A stretch of 64,000 nucleotides of DNA from Ramazzottius varieornatus (Eukaryota > Animalia > Tardigrada), in contig BDGG01000001.1 of NCBI GenBank assembly GCA_001949185.1, positions 6,361,591-6,425,590 on the forward strand, read 5' to 3'. Below are positions 1 to 12,953 of the stretch, in pieces. Under the pieces are notes generated by a model. The model was not told the DNA's origin and did not search any database. It was given only the letters and a program-made list of their open reading frames with translations. The position numbers were made by a program, and so were the translations under genes. The number at the start of each line of letters is the position of its first letter. Position 1 is the stretch's first letter.

Positions 1-106
1 AGGTGACAGTTGGGTATTTTGATGGATACAAACGTAGAACTAGCTAGTGGTTCTGACCAGTGGAAAGGCCGAGCAAGGGAGGCAAACCATTGTAGAGCGA
101 GCACTT

Positions 107-963
107 TCACTGCGTTGCGTTGCCTAATGCAAGTAATCGGTTTTCCTCGGCAACTTTCTCTTGTATCACAGGAGAATTTGCCAACTTAGCAAGACGGTCA
201 AGATCAAAATATTGCAGAAACGCTAGATCTGACAACGACCGTACTCGAGAACAGCCAACAAACGATAGCTCTGTCGCAAATTCGTTCTTTCCTAAGTCAA
301 GAACCACGCTTGGCAAGGTTGTCCATTGCGCCTTGTGCACCGTCGCCGCATGTGCGAGTGAAAGGGGAATTTGATTCCGTGATAGCGGCTTTCCCGAAGG
401 GCTGAACCATGTCCTTTTGAATGGAATGATAGGAGCGATCCTAGGTACGATGGGACTGAACGAAGGTCCCGTATAATCATCGAACTGAACAACTAAGCAC
501 AGTGGCAGCGATGGTGGTCTGGCGTTTTCTGGGTAGACTATGCCAACGACTGACCCTAGAGACCCATTTACAAGTTCACGCTCAGTCCACAAGTTTACAT
601 TTAACATCACTCGGCATCCCGTAGCTGGGTAAATGACCGAATCCAAGGCTCCAGCTTGATCGTAAGAGGCTTTAGCGGCTCCTTCGTTATTGTGTACGGC
701 TTGAATGCGACCTACCGCAACCCCCATGTCTGCGATAACCTGTTCGTATCGCGCATCCGCTGGCGCGTTGGTCGTATACAGATGGATGGATGCGTTGAAA
801 CGGTCTCTTTCGGCAGGAGGAAGAGCGGTAAGGAAACGAGTCGAAAGTAACCGCCAGTCCTCCAAAGTAGATGCCCCCTCCCGCAACCTCCAAAGCAAGG
901 CACGGAATGCTACAGCCTGAGGAGTTTCGCCGACCTGTCTGTGAGGAATGGATAGAACAACTA
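107..963 (-). pseudogene. 5'-truncated PIF1-family helicase fragment, probably derived from a Helitron-like element
   Basis: Has the PIF1 C-terminal motifs HRQVG..FRALLWRLREG, RVMLNVNLW...LVNG, QIPLSLAHAATVHKAQ and SFVGCSRVRSL. An in-frame stop at ~965 removes motifs I-III. Conserved Gly positions are replaced (HKAQW for HKSQG; ELSFV for GLSYV). Confidence 0.8.
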
Positions 964-1949
964 GTTAGGCTAGTTACGTGTACTGCCGTCGTAAGTCGTA
1001 ACTTTTGACTCACAGTACGGTTCCCCAGTAAAATTTTTAATCGCCCCGACGAAGTGGCGTGTCTTTTTTCAGTACTGTGTTTGCGATATCTGAAAGCTCA
1101 AAGAATCTGATCGTGTATTGAAATCTCGACAGACTTAAAAGAAAATCAATTGTTTGAATTGACGCACTATATATTTTAGTTATCAATCACAGTTTCTCTC
1201 GTTTTTCGGAACACTACTGTGATGCGACTTTAGTCAATATTAGAATTGTCTAACCTGGGATTTTCAATTTTAATTTGTCATATTGGAATTCCAGGACGGT
1301 CGTTCGTGCCTTTGTGGCCATTTTCAACTATCAATAAAGGTTGGTGCAGTAGATTGACTGTTTTGATTGGTTCGCTGCTCCGACAGTACCTCAAGCAAAC
1401 GACAAAACTTGAGGAGAACGGTTGTCTGGATATCCCACAGTAGCGGTCACAAAAATCAAAGGATAAAAGTACATGTAACTTAGGATCTTCGTCGAACAAC
1501 TGAATCCGCTCGTCTATTCATCTACACTATTACATTCAAGCTGCGCCATGATTAGTTTGAATCAGGTTGTCCCGGCAAAACGGGAGGGAAACGGGAGGTT
1601 TTTGAAAAACGTCTAAAATGCAGCGAAAGCTTTGCTCCAACAGTGAACTGGAAGCAAATAGTTTTCCGGATCTAGCTCTTTACGATTCTTCGTAACCACA
1701 GACAAAGTGAATCAACAAGAGGCGAAAATAACCATACTGTGGAAAGGAGCACCGCTAAGTTTTGACCAGAGTTTTTGCAAAAACGAGTCTCCGCGTTCCG
1801 CTGCGTAAGTTGAGCTACACCCTGTCCGCGCCAATTTGCTACCACCTGGCATTTCGATCCAAAAGAAATCAGATTTCTGCTTTACCATCTATGCTTCCAC
1901 ACATTCCATACAGCATTCCAAGCTGATTTGACTGAGCCATGATTCTTTT

Positions 1950-4130
1950 AGATGTGCTGCCAAACCGCGTGAGAAACTTGACCCGTGTGACTTCCGGTGC
2001 GGAAGACATTCCACAGTGGGTGAAATTCAGTCTACAGAATTCCATGTTTGAGTTTTCTTTCTCGATCTGATGTATACAGGCGAACAGTTACCTTAATTTT
2101 CGAAAAGAATCGTGACACAGAAAAAGTTTGAATCAACTTGGCAAACGAATCAAAACCGGCGACTTTGACCATTTCGCCGGGAAAACTCGTTTCGTGTAAC
2201 ATTTCTAGCTGTTTTTACGGCAGATTTATCGCTCCAACCACTTTCCCTGTAGCTCAATCTTTGTTCTGATTATTTTCAACAACAACAACATTACGTGAGT
2301 CGAGCGGAAAACTGGAAAAAAATAATCTTCAGGAACGTTCCCGAAAACTACAAAAGTTGCAACATTTTTCACTCTGCCTCCCCGAGTTCAATGCCACTCC
2401 TAACTTTTTGGGAGAAGATTTCTGGACAACGATTTTTCAGGAGATAGCTAGAAGGTTTTTATACCATGCAAAATTAGATTGGAAGTGTAACATTAATCCA
2501 ATCGACAAAAGTAGAGATGGGATAAGTGTGATTAACCGAAATTTATCGAAACTATATCGAACTTTTCGATTTGGTGTGAGAAGACACCGAAACTGAAAAT
2601 ATCGGTGTGAGCCCCACACCGAAATCGATTTCGGTGTGCGTTCGCACCAAATTGATACCAAATCGAAATCTTCAGGTAAATCAAAACATACAGAAAGACC
2701 CGGAAAGATGAGAATTTAACAGATTTCTTAACAATATCGGGAAAAATTCCGGCTTTTCACGGTATTTCGTGCCAGTTAGCCAAACCACGCGGTGTGGGAA
2801 AACGGTTCTACCTTCTGAACACACACCAAATAGCTTGCAAACTCCTCGTTTTGGGCTAGCTTGGTCTGGTGTTTTCGTTGACAAGAGATTTTTTTCATAT
2901 TTTGGTTTACCGATTTTTCGGTGTGACGACTTGCCAAACCGAAAATATCGGTGTGGACTTCATACCGAGATTTTCGAATCGGTGTGAGGATTTACCAAAT
3001 CGAGATATACCAGACCGAACTTAATCACACTCATCCCATCTCTAGACAAAAACTTGATTTTATGAGTGGTGCGGACAGGCTGTATGAACCGAAGGTAGTA
3101 AACTCTCGAAGAAATGAACGCTGATTTTGTAAAACAAAAGTTTTATAAAACACCGGGTGCCAGGTCGCGTATGTGCCAGTTAAATGGAGTAATAACATTT
3201 TGCCTATGTTTTCCCCATGATTGATGAGAACGAGGAACGGTGCTTTATCACAAAATACTAAGGTATCTTCTTTTACTGTGCTATTCGAGGTTTCACAATA
3301 TGCGCTTTTTCTATGAACGCACGGCAGACTCTTTCCTGTCCCGAATTTGTGGGTTTTGAGGGGGTAAGTTACTATCTGGCTACGTCTTGGCCAAAAATAA
3401 ATTGAATCAATATTCCGATCCAGCTCATCGAAGCAAATACGTCGTTGAAAAAGTCGCAAAAAAGTCATATCGAGAGACCCGATACACAGAACTTTTGCTT
3501 ACCGATAGTGCACTAAGATATACAGCCCCAACGGGCCAAGTGACTACCACCTGTAAAATTGGTGCGTTCTCGGCCCCGTTCTTGCTCACCTCTGAAACCA
3601 GTTTTCCATGATTTGACCGCCATTTTGCTGCTTCTGACAAAATCATCGGCCAGAAGTCCGTTCAAAAAGAAATCACAATCGACAGGAAACCACGAAAAGG
3701 TACAGAGACGAAATTGCAACCAACTTTTTCAGCTTTTGGGGTCTTTTCCCGAATTTTTTTTTTCAGTTTTGCCTCGAGATCTTGCTCTAGTTTTTTTAAA
3801 ACAGTCAGAGCAGGGACCTTGCTACAAGAGAAGTGGTCAAAAGCACAAATCCACCGCTCACGACAAGAACAAAAGTTTTTGCGGCGAAAGAGGAATTCCC
3901 TGCAAAACGGCCAAATTTGGAGGTTTTGATTCACTTGCCAAGTTTTTTTGGCGTTACTGTGATGATTTCTGGTTTTAAATAATACAGAGTTCAAATAGCT
4001 TTACGTGCGTTGAGATTGAATTGAAAATTGCTAATCAAGTATAGAATGTTAGAGCTAACGTTTCGTTCCGGACGAAAAATCTTCCCTACCGGAAGTCATA
4101 CAGATCAACTTTGCCAAACTGTTTCACTAT
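1950..4130. repeat. Long imperfect inverted repeat (old foldback / non-autonomous DNA element), arms ~1950-2370 and ~3710-4130
   Basis: Collinear reverse-complement blocks: gtgacttccggtgcggaaga (~1988) vs tcttccctaccggaagtcat (~4079), and aacttggcaaacgaatcaaaacc (~2135) vs ggttttgattcacttgccaagtt (~3922). Outer boundaries not resolved. Confidence 0.55.
2512..3044. mobile_element. hAT-type MITE, copy 1
   Basis: TIR TAGAGATGGGATAAGTGTGATTAA / TTAATCACACTCATCCCATCTCTA (1 mismatch). 8-bp TSD gacaaaag/gacaaaaa. Subterminal ACCGAAA/TCGGT repeats. Homologous to 33958-34516. Confidence 0.9.
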
Positions 4131-4888
4131 CAACGCGAACGTGCTGTTTCTCAGTGGCAGCACCTTAAAACGTTGTGCGAAAAAAATTTCAGCCTATTTG
4201 GTTCAGCCATCTCAGAGAACGTGTCTAGACAACCGCCGCCCTGAAGTTTCGCACGCAATAAAGTGGAAAACGCCAAAATAATTCAGAAAATATTACTGGA
4301 ACCGAAACTCGAAAAAGCAGATTAGTTTCTCCGACAGAAATCTTCATCTTATCCTAAAACCTATCGAGAGCTCTGCGAGATAAGTTTGTCTACCTCGATA
4401 ACGCAAGCCTAAGCGAACTGGCACAGTGAGCTCAGAAATATAACCCGTCATAATTACGTCCCAAAAACAAGTACGGCAAAATTATGTCGTTCACCTCGTA
4501 TCATAAAGTCGGTCGATTTCTTACAATTAGCCATACGATATTTGTCGTCGGCACTGTGGTCAAACAATATCTTGAGTAGGTAACAGAGTGAAAAGTACCC
4601 TAGGTTGTCCAGCAACGGTTTATTAATGATCGAAGTTATAGCCAGACTTACAGGACCTCGCGAGAATTGCTGGTATAAATCATGCATACAGAGCGCACTG
4701 TATACAGAGCGACACACAGTGCGCTCTGAAATCGAGCCCTTGCATCATAATCTACTCGTGTTCTCGAATAAAACTCCGCACCAGTATCAAACAAACAACC
4801 ACACCTTTCCGGAGCAGAAATGGTAGACTCAGTTATATGTTATTGCCCGTCTATCTGTGATGGGAAGAATTTTACAGCTCTACGTCTA

Positions 4889-5158
4889 ATGTCGGAAGCG
4901 TCCGCCGACATCTTTGCTAAAAACAGTTTGATGAATCTGGACCTTACACCAGACAAGTGCACTTCCTGGTTAGATTCTGTGATCGAAAATCACTTCTGGG
5001 ACATCTGGCTGACCAACATCTGCTTGTATCCTGCATTAGTCGTTCTTGTGTTGAACTTCCTGCTTTACCTCGTTCTGCCTGCAGTTGGCCCTGCTGTACA
5101 GTCGGTTTCAAGGAAGAGCACGGATACTGAGCAGGCAAATGAACAACATAACCCGTAA
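4889..5158 (+). CDS. Possible small single-pass membrane protein or terminal exon of an unknown gene
   Basis: ORF follows a ttttacag acceptor-like site and has a hydrophobic stretch ICLYPALVVLVLNFLLYLVLP. No recognised homology. Confidence 0.3.
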   Translation: MSEASADIFAKNSLMNLDLTPDKCTSWLDSVIENHFWDIWLTNICLYPALVVLVLNFLLYLVLPAVGPAVQSVSRKSTDTEQANEQHNP

Positions 5159-5218
5159 GGCTTTCAAGCAGAGTTCTAGCTTCGTACTCTTTTTACATTG
5201 TAGCTGTTATTACACACT

Positions 5219-6927
5219 TCACACTTTGTATTCCGACTTCACGGCATTCAGCAATGGATACCTAACACCGCAGCCACCGAAGAAATCGTCAAGAGTGATG
5301 TCCCATAGAAATACGCCCGAGTATCTCTTTTGCGCAGTCCATCGAACCTGGAAGGAGAAAACCATACGCTTTGATGAGTTTTGTCCTCTATCTGAGACTC
5401 AAAATCTGGATGAGTTTCATCCGAGCATTCGTCCGGTAATCCTTTCCATTACCTTTTCACGAACACTGGTTTCGTCTTCGTAGCTGACCCACCATTGCCC
5501 GTTGGAGGAGCGCGCATACGGTGTCTTGATGTCTGGTTGTAAGGTTGGGATCAGTTCAGCCGAGCGGATCTTCTCGCAGATCTCGAAGTAGGCCAAGAAA
5601 CCGGGAGTCTTGGTGAAGAAGCCGGGAGGACCTTGTCCGCTAGCTTTTGCGCCGACGCCCGTGGCATTCGTTGTTAAATTCCAAGTGTCGCCGTGAGCTG
5701 CTAGACCAACGACTAACTTTGACTTGTGGATGCCCGCTTTCTCCCACGCTTCTGTGAAGTCCCTCTACAAAGACGCCTGCTGATATTTTTTCTGTTTTGT
5801 GGACCGCCAAGATGTTATGCTATTAATTGCTTCCTGCTGCTTACCACGTTTGTTGACGAAGAGTTCGAGAAAGGAGGAAATAACTGTGAATGATGACCAG
5901 TTTCTGTCGGTTCGAAGTATGGCGTGTGGAGATCGTACGTCATCAAGTTGATCAAGTCTAAAGACCTGCAAAAACAACCCTATTTAAAGCAACGGGAAAG
6001 CTCTGAATGGTGCTTAAATTTTTCTTGAGTGTGATGTCATACTGATTCATTAGAGGAACGTTGTAACCCTCCAAGGTTGAGTTTCCGACTGCGGCAGTGA
6101 AAATAAGGCGTGTCTGGCCGGACGACGTTGCTTCGTTGTCGAAAGCAGTCCGAATATCCTGTGTACGAAACCACTGTAGGTTAGGATTCTCATGGACCTC
6201 TCTGTGATGTCTGGTTATACACTTACGGTAATTAGACTAGTAAAATATGCAGCGTCTTTCTTCAGCGGGTACTCCCAACTGATGTCTAGTCCATCATACT
6301 CCAGTTGCCGGACACTTTTGATAACGGTGGAGATAAAGATCTTCCGTAAGTCTGCAGACTGGGCGATTGCTGTAAACTTTTGCTCTGTTCCCCAGCCTCC
6401 CACACTCAACATCAGTTTTATATCCGGGTTCTTCCGCTTCAGAAACTTCAGGTCGCTGGCCGAGTCGAGATTCGACAACGACACATTGCTGTACGGTGAA
6501 GCACCAGCTCGTGTCAGGAAGCCAAAAGATGGCTTGATCACGTTGGTATCTGAGAATATCCCAAAACAGTGGCGTGCCTTTTCGGGCTCAATCTAAAGTG
6601 GCACGAGTTAGAACGTTGACGTACCAAAGCCTCCTGAAGCGTCCAGCTTGATCTCGGCGAAGGCATAGTAAAAGATGGTGCATAACGAGCCATCGATGTG
6701 CCGTGGCAGAAACCGTGCTTTTCCTGGTCGGAAAGTGGACCATGAAGCATAGTAGCATCCTCGATGCGGGAGGATAAACTTCGGCTCTGAAAACAGCAGA
6801 AACACTCATGTCACATCATGACGCTGTAAACTGGAAATTTCTCACCTGCCGAGAAGACGGGTTTATCCAAGACCACCACGGATGCAATAAAGCTCACGAC
6901 AGTAATAAGTAAGAGCGTTGTCGCCAT
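5219..6927 (-). CDS. GH18 chitinase / chitinase-like protein, secreted, ~7 exons
   Basis: Signal peptide MATTLLLITVVSFIASVV. Motifs GCYYASWS, KLMLSVGGW, YDGLDISWEYP, INLMTYDLH, WVSYED and VFLWDITLDDF. Exons join in frame at GT-AG sites; stop at 5219-5221. Confidence 0.92.
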
Positions 6928-7440
6928 GATCAAGTTATTATAATAGCGAGCCACACAGTCAAACTAACCAACAAGCTCGGTTCAACGCGCTGCGAATATA
7001 GCTTTCAATGTCATCTTCATTCTACTTCCGGCTTGACAGTTTACTTCGCGTCACGACAAGTTGCGAACACTACGGTGATCGGTAAGATTAATCATCGGTG
7101 GATGCATTTTCAGCGGAACCGCAGCTCGAATGATTGTTTTTTCGCTTTAGGCTTAAATTCATTATCACATGTGATCGGTTTTACTTATAAATAATCATGA
7201 ACACCAGATTTAACACCAAGTTGACTCTGGTGAAGGTGCTGTTACGTATATCATCAGGTCCATCTTGATCGGACATGCATCTGCCTCCTCCTGATGGCGA
7301 AGATCGACATTTACTGTACCTCGTACGTATCATATCTGCAAGGTACCATGGTAATGGACGACGGATAGGCAGTTCGATCAGACTAGTTATCAAACCACCA
7401 AAAATAGTTTTGGTGTCGAGTGAACCTGAAATTGCGGTGT

Positions 7441-10400
7441 ATGATGAACTCTGGGGAACGGGAAGATTCTGAGCCCACAACTTTGGCCAATACAGAAACG
7501 ACCGAAACCCCACTTCCTCTATCCGAAAATCCACAGCAAGAGCCGCCACTGTTCACTTCGCAACAGCAGCCTTCTGAAAATTTTGATGAATTGTTTAGCG
7601 ATGAGGAGTCGCAGTACGATCCCGACGATGATCCGTTATTGCGCGAAACATACGAAGAGATTGCTGCCGACGCTGTCCACGACATGGCATACAAAGGCGT
7701 CAAAGAATATGATGACCAAGTCCGCATCGAAGCAAAGCAGGACAGACTTGCACAGCTGCCGAGACCCCGAGCACAACCGCTGATCACCCCGGAAGTCTTG
7801 GCCAATGTCAGCACGCATAACTTCCCGGCGAAACTCAGCGATGCCGAGATTCCTACTTTAAAGTTTCATTTCAACTGTCAGGAAGGCGTTCAACGCAGAC
7901 ATCGCCATACCAAGCCTCGTCCAGTCAAGTTCGTGTACGATGATCCGACTATTCAGTTTGAGGAAGAGCAGGCAGCTCAAGCCGAAAACAATGCCGCACT
8001 ACAGGCAGCCGCAAAGGCGGCTGCCAAATGCGGGCACAAAGGTATGAGGTGAGTTCCACATTCCGTTTGTCAAATGTCAATCACATGTGCAGTAATGTTC
8101 GAATACCACAAGTTCGCCTACGTTCTCGGTAAAGTCATCGTTGATGTCTCCGGATAGGTAAAGGTGGCAAGGATGTCAAAGCCGACGCGGAGAAACCAGG
8201 CAAAGCCAAAGGTGGACCAGTTGCTGCGAAGAGTAAGCTACCTCTACACGGCCATCGCTCTCCGGACCTCACTCCACCTCCGCCACCGCCTCCTGATCCG
8301 ATAATTTGGGACCCACCAGTATGGAATACTATCCCGCAGCAGTCAGTTCAGCTCAACGGCAAGAAAGCCTGGATTGTCGAGAAGAAGCGCAGAAAGCACT
8401 GGTTCCGCCCCGACAAGATTGGCGAGGAGCGCCAACCGTCACTGGATACTCGGCCTCCTTTATGGACGAAGAACGGCGAGAGAATAGCCAGACAGTACGC
8501 ACTGCGGATCGTTGTGAAGGACCCGGAAACCATGCAGCTGTATTTCTTCCAACGAAAGAAACGCTATATCTTGACTGCGCTGAGAATCTTGTTTCTCTTT
8601 GCGGAGCAGTCAACCAGGATGAAGTTGAGGGCTTTGTCTATTGGTGGGTTGGTTCGGCGGTTGGTGCAGCTGACTGTGTACCGTACTGGCTTGATACAAA
8701 GACTGGCCATTATGTTGATGGCTTCCCTGTCGGAAGTGACCATTTTTATCCGCTTGTTTCGAAGGACGAATGGTCTGAGGAAGATGAAGAAGGTGGTTGT
8801 TGAGTGCAAGGACGCAGAGCTGAATGTGTGGATCATGTTGCTGTTGCGGAACTTGTCGAGGACACCGGCGATACAACAGCAGTACCTGGATCTGCAGATG
8901 CTGGATTGTCTATTGGATTTGGTTTGTGTCAAAACACAGCTGCCGGATGTGGTCAAGTATATCTTGCAAACTTTGTGTTTTCTGACGTCTCATCGGACTG
9001 TTAGAATTTATCTGGTGGTCCGTGGCGTATTCTTGGCAATCAACGACTTGATGTTTTCTGCGTTCAAGTACATTCAGTACTTGACGCTTGTTTTGTTGAG
9101 AAAATTGCTGCGGAGCACGGCTGGTAAACCCATATACCGGTTAGTACTACTGTAGTGTCTGCTTACATACTTCGAATTCCAGCTCAGTTTTCCACATTTC
9201 TTCGTCGGAGTAATCAAGAGACCACTGTAGGAAAATGTGTTACGATATCGACACCATCGTTCAGCACGCAAATAAAACAGATTTCAAAGAAGTGTCGCCT
9301 GATTCGCATAATTCGCGCATTCAGTAAAGTAACTCGAGAAATCAGCCGATTTTTCTTTTCAGGTTTGATAAATGCGATGGGATGGCGCAGCTCGTTACTT
9401 TCATCTCGGATATTACGCAGCGCAAGCTTTTTCCTCTTTGCATCGAAATTTTCGAACACATCCTTCAAGCCCCGGCTATTGCCAAAAAGATGCAAGACAA
9501 CGGCCTATACCGCTCTCTCATGGACCTGATCCGCCAGCCATCCTACGAGAATGTGGACTCTGTCCAGGAGTTCGCCCTGAAATGCCTACAATGCGCCGCC
9601 GAGTACGAAGAAGAACGACGTGCTATGCACGGACTGGGATACGAAGAAGCCGTCCTGTACTTCCTGCAAAGCAACTGCCCGGCTGTACAAGTGGCCGCCC
9701 TCAAAGCCCTGGCCGTTATGTCGCGGCGCCCCACAAACCAAACTCAGTTCTTTGATCTGGGCGCACACCGCACCATCCTCTTCATCATGCAGGACGCCAA
9801 CGCCGATATTCGCGAATGGGCATTCTACGCACTAGCTTTCCTGATGTTCCGCAACAAACATGTCATGGAGAGCTTAGTCAGGAAGAACATTGGGAGAGTC
9901 ATCTTGAATGCCTTGAAGAACACGGATGAGACGTGGGAGACAAAAGGCAACGCCCTGTTCTGTGCGATACTACTGCGGAAGAACGCAAACATCCGTGAAC
10001 AACTGAGGGTCTACATCGCCCAGCTGATCCCCAATTGGTTGCTGAACAAGACCAAGAGGATAAGGCACTATGCAGCGGTCAGTATTGGGTTGTTTGTGAC
10101 GGACACAGAAACCAGGGAGGCTTTTATCAGAAGTAAAGGCTTGAAGGCCATTGAGACGGCGTGTTCGTTGCGTCAAGGGACGGAAGGCGGCAAGATCGAC
10201 GTAGAGTTTATGCGGAACCTGTGCTTTGGGCTGGCTGCCTTGGCTGTGGACGAGGAAACAGTATGGAAGATGATCAACGCGGGCAGTCTGACGCCGATCT
10301 GGATACTGAAGAACGAGCTGGATAGAGTCAGCCAAGGTTATGTCGCATTCGCCGTACATCGAATCGTTAGCCTCGACCGCTTTTTCAAGTAAGTCTGGTA

Positions 10401-11672
10401 GAATGTAACAGTTTACTGGTTGATTGATCGATTGCTCCAAGTACGGTTCTTCTTAGGTATTCTTTGCTGGGAAAGCTGGGCGAGGGCGACAAGCTTCCGC
10501 ATGGACTACACGATCAAGGCATCGTTTCGTTGACCAACCCTCTTCGACCGGTGGAGTTCTTCCAGAAACAGTCTTTATCAGCTGATCAAACCGTGGTCTA
10601 CGTGTCACTGCCGAAGAAGTACTGGAAACGTGTGCATACACCTGAAGTGTGCGACTATCGATCCGCTAAAGACGGGCTGGATTTCTTGTGCGACCACGTC
10701 GCGCACCAAACATCTTTAACCACTGACCATTCACCTCCAAAACCAAGTCGGAGAAATCTCAGTGATGGCAAACCGGTTGCGCTCCAGCGACTGGAACATA
10801 CAGTTCCTCCGCAAGACTACTGGTGCTACGCACCATATAATCCTGCTGTACCACCTGATGAGAACCTGAAAAGTTTGATGAAAGCAGTGCGCAACACACT
10901 TTGCGAAGTAGTCGATGCGGAAGAAAAGGTCAGATATTTAGCAAAAGTTGTCGCGGACTATATGGGCGGAGTAGTAAGCAGCCGACAAAGTCTGGATTAT
11001 AACGACTCCGTGGAAGTCAGTCTTGCATTTTTGAAACGCCGGTTGAACTCGAACTGTGTGCCGCTGGGAGAAATTCAGACAGGCAATGCTCTACATCGAG
11101 CTTTACTCTTTAAAGTGCTGGCTGATGTCTGCGGTCTAAGGGTTGCACTAGTCAAAGACCAAACGCTCTCTTCAGGCTGGATTGAAATTCGAAAGCGGCA
11201 GCTGAATGATAAGGGAGACTGTTGTGAAGAAGTCTTTGTGCTCGACCTGTTGCACAAGATAAGTTCGTTAATACCGAAGAAGTCAGCACTGGGTTTAAGT
11301 TATACGCAACCAGCGTATGCGCTGCCCACTGCGGAGAGGGTGGCTGTAAGCAGTACCGAAGTAAGACCGTTGCGAGGGGTCATGACGCAAGCCATGTTGC
11401 AATTGCTGTCGGAGAACGAACCACCAAGGTGTGTGGATGACAAGCCGGATAGACCGCTGATGAGAAGCACCCAGGGAAAGAGGATACACTTGTTCTTGAG
11501 GCCGTTCACTGGTGTGCGAAACGCAGACATGAAGCAAGTGACGTCACGGAAGCAGGTCGATGAGGTGTTCGAGGGCTTCAACAAGCATTTGCTGGCTCAG
11601 CACAAGCAACACTTCTTCAAACAGACGAATGGTGATAACGTGACCATTGAAGTACCTTCGGCATCATCCTGA
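7441..11672 (+). CDS. ARMC3: Armadillo repeat-containing protein 3 (ARMC3/gudu-like), multi-exon
   Basis: ARM-repeat ORFs 8514-9155 and 9382-10392. C-terminal EDR1/CTR1/ARMC3-type domain (LAKVVADYMGG...VPLGEIQTGNALHRALLFKVLAD). Start codon uncertain. Confidence 0.8.
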
Positions 11673-11938
11673 CGAACTCAGCATTTCATGGTCAGACGCA
11701 ACGAGCTAGCTAGAGAAATTTGTTCTGAAGCGCTTTCTGGCAACAGCTCGCTCGTCTTCTTGATCGCTGATGGTTCTGTCCCCACATCATGGTCAGACTT
11801 CTCTTCCATAGCTTCCTCTATCTTATTCTGTTAATAACGAAAACCAGTGGCATGTTCAGGTGTCAGTGGTGATGGAGATACGGACGGTTTACACTGATAA
11901 TATCGAACCTTCGATAGTTCCAGTTGTTTGACAGCTAG

Positions 11939-12953
11939 TTAGCTAACTAATGTAGCTACCATATTGAAGTAACACAATGAAAAATTAAGCAGGAAGTTGA
12001 CAGAAAAGGACGCCAATGTCATATCCAAATGTTCTACACAGCGGGTTTCACATCCAGCTTGGCTACCCACAATCTCAGAACCTGCGTTCGGTTTGCCGGA
12101 ACTGTCGGGGTTGTCGATTATGTCGGAGCTTTGTGTGACACCGCTTTCCTGGTTGGGAACCACGGCTGGCGCGGTTGAACGGCGTGGTGCTTCGCCTTCC
12201 GACACTTCGAATTTTGAATTTGACAACGAGCCGTCCGCCAACTTTATTGGTATGGCTGTACTGTATCTGTTGCAAAACGGGCTACTGCAGTAGCACATCA
12301 TTAGGCTTGTTTCAGCTGGACTAAGGCCGCACTGTCCCTCTTCGTATGCCATGTAAACCCCACAACCTCTTTGAATACCAATGACTGAAACAAATCTAAG
12401 TGATGCTACTTGTATTGGCGGCAAAAACAAGATAAGGTTCTGTGAGACTCTCTCGGCTCTTACCTTCGTCGCGAGTCACTGGATTTTTGCAAAGGAGGGA
12501 TAGGTGACAATACAGATAGTTTTTCTGACATTATTGATCTTAATTTGGGGGCATTGCTTGTTGAAGCCGGCAGCGTCCAGCTTGGAGGATGAACTCGACC
12601 AACGTTCACTTCTGTTTCGACTTTCGACGTCCATCTGCTCAAGATTCACTTTCGAGGGTGTATTTCCATCTATCTCCGGTACTTCTCTAAGTTCAGTGAT
12701 GTTCACAGTGCTTGATGGGCATATGAGTTACCGCTTTGTGCTAGCGTGCGCTCTGCCAACAACGCGAACACCACAATCGACGGACGAACCCCGCACGGGC
12801 TTTTCCGTGGGAGCATGGTTGTTTACACCGACGTGTGGGGCGTGACGCTTCAGGATACAAAGTATTTCTCCAATATTTTTCTTACGACTTACGGATGATA
12901 ATATCGATAACCGTAATCGCCGAGAAACTCAGGTTGAAACTCTAAGAAATCAT
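11939..12953 (-). pseudogene. Ly6/three-finger (quiver-like) GPI-type gene A, apparently disabled
   Basis: Last exon IGIQRGC...QCG...MMCYCSSPFCN, then a Ser-rich spacer and a hydrophobic tail. Middle exon LDAAGFNKQCP is paralogous to 15846-16127. Stops and a frameshift in the upstream exons. Confidence 0.6.

Noticed and set aside
4689-4728. Perfect 13-bp stem hairpin (cagagcgcactgt / acagtgcgctctg)
   Set aside because: Single occurrence; no supporting context for an RNA gene or element.
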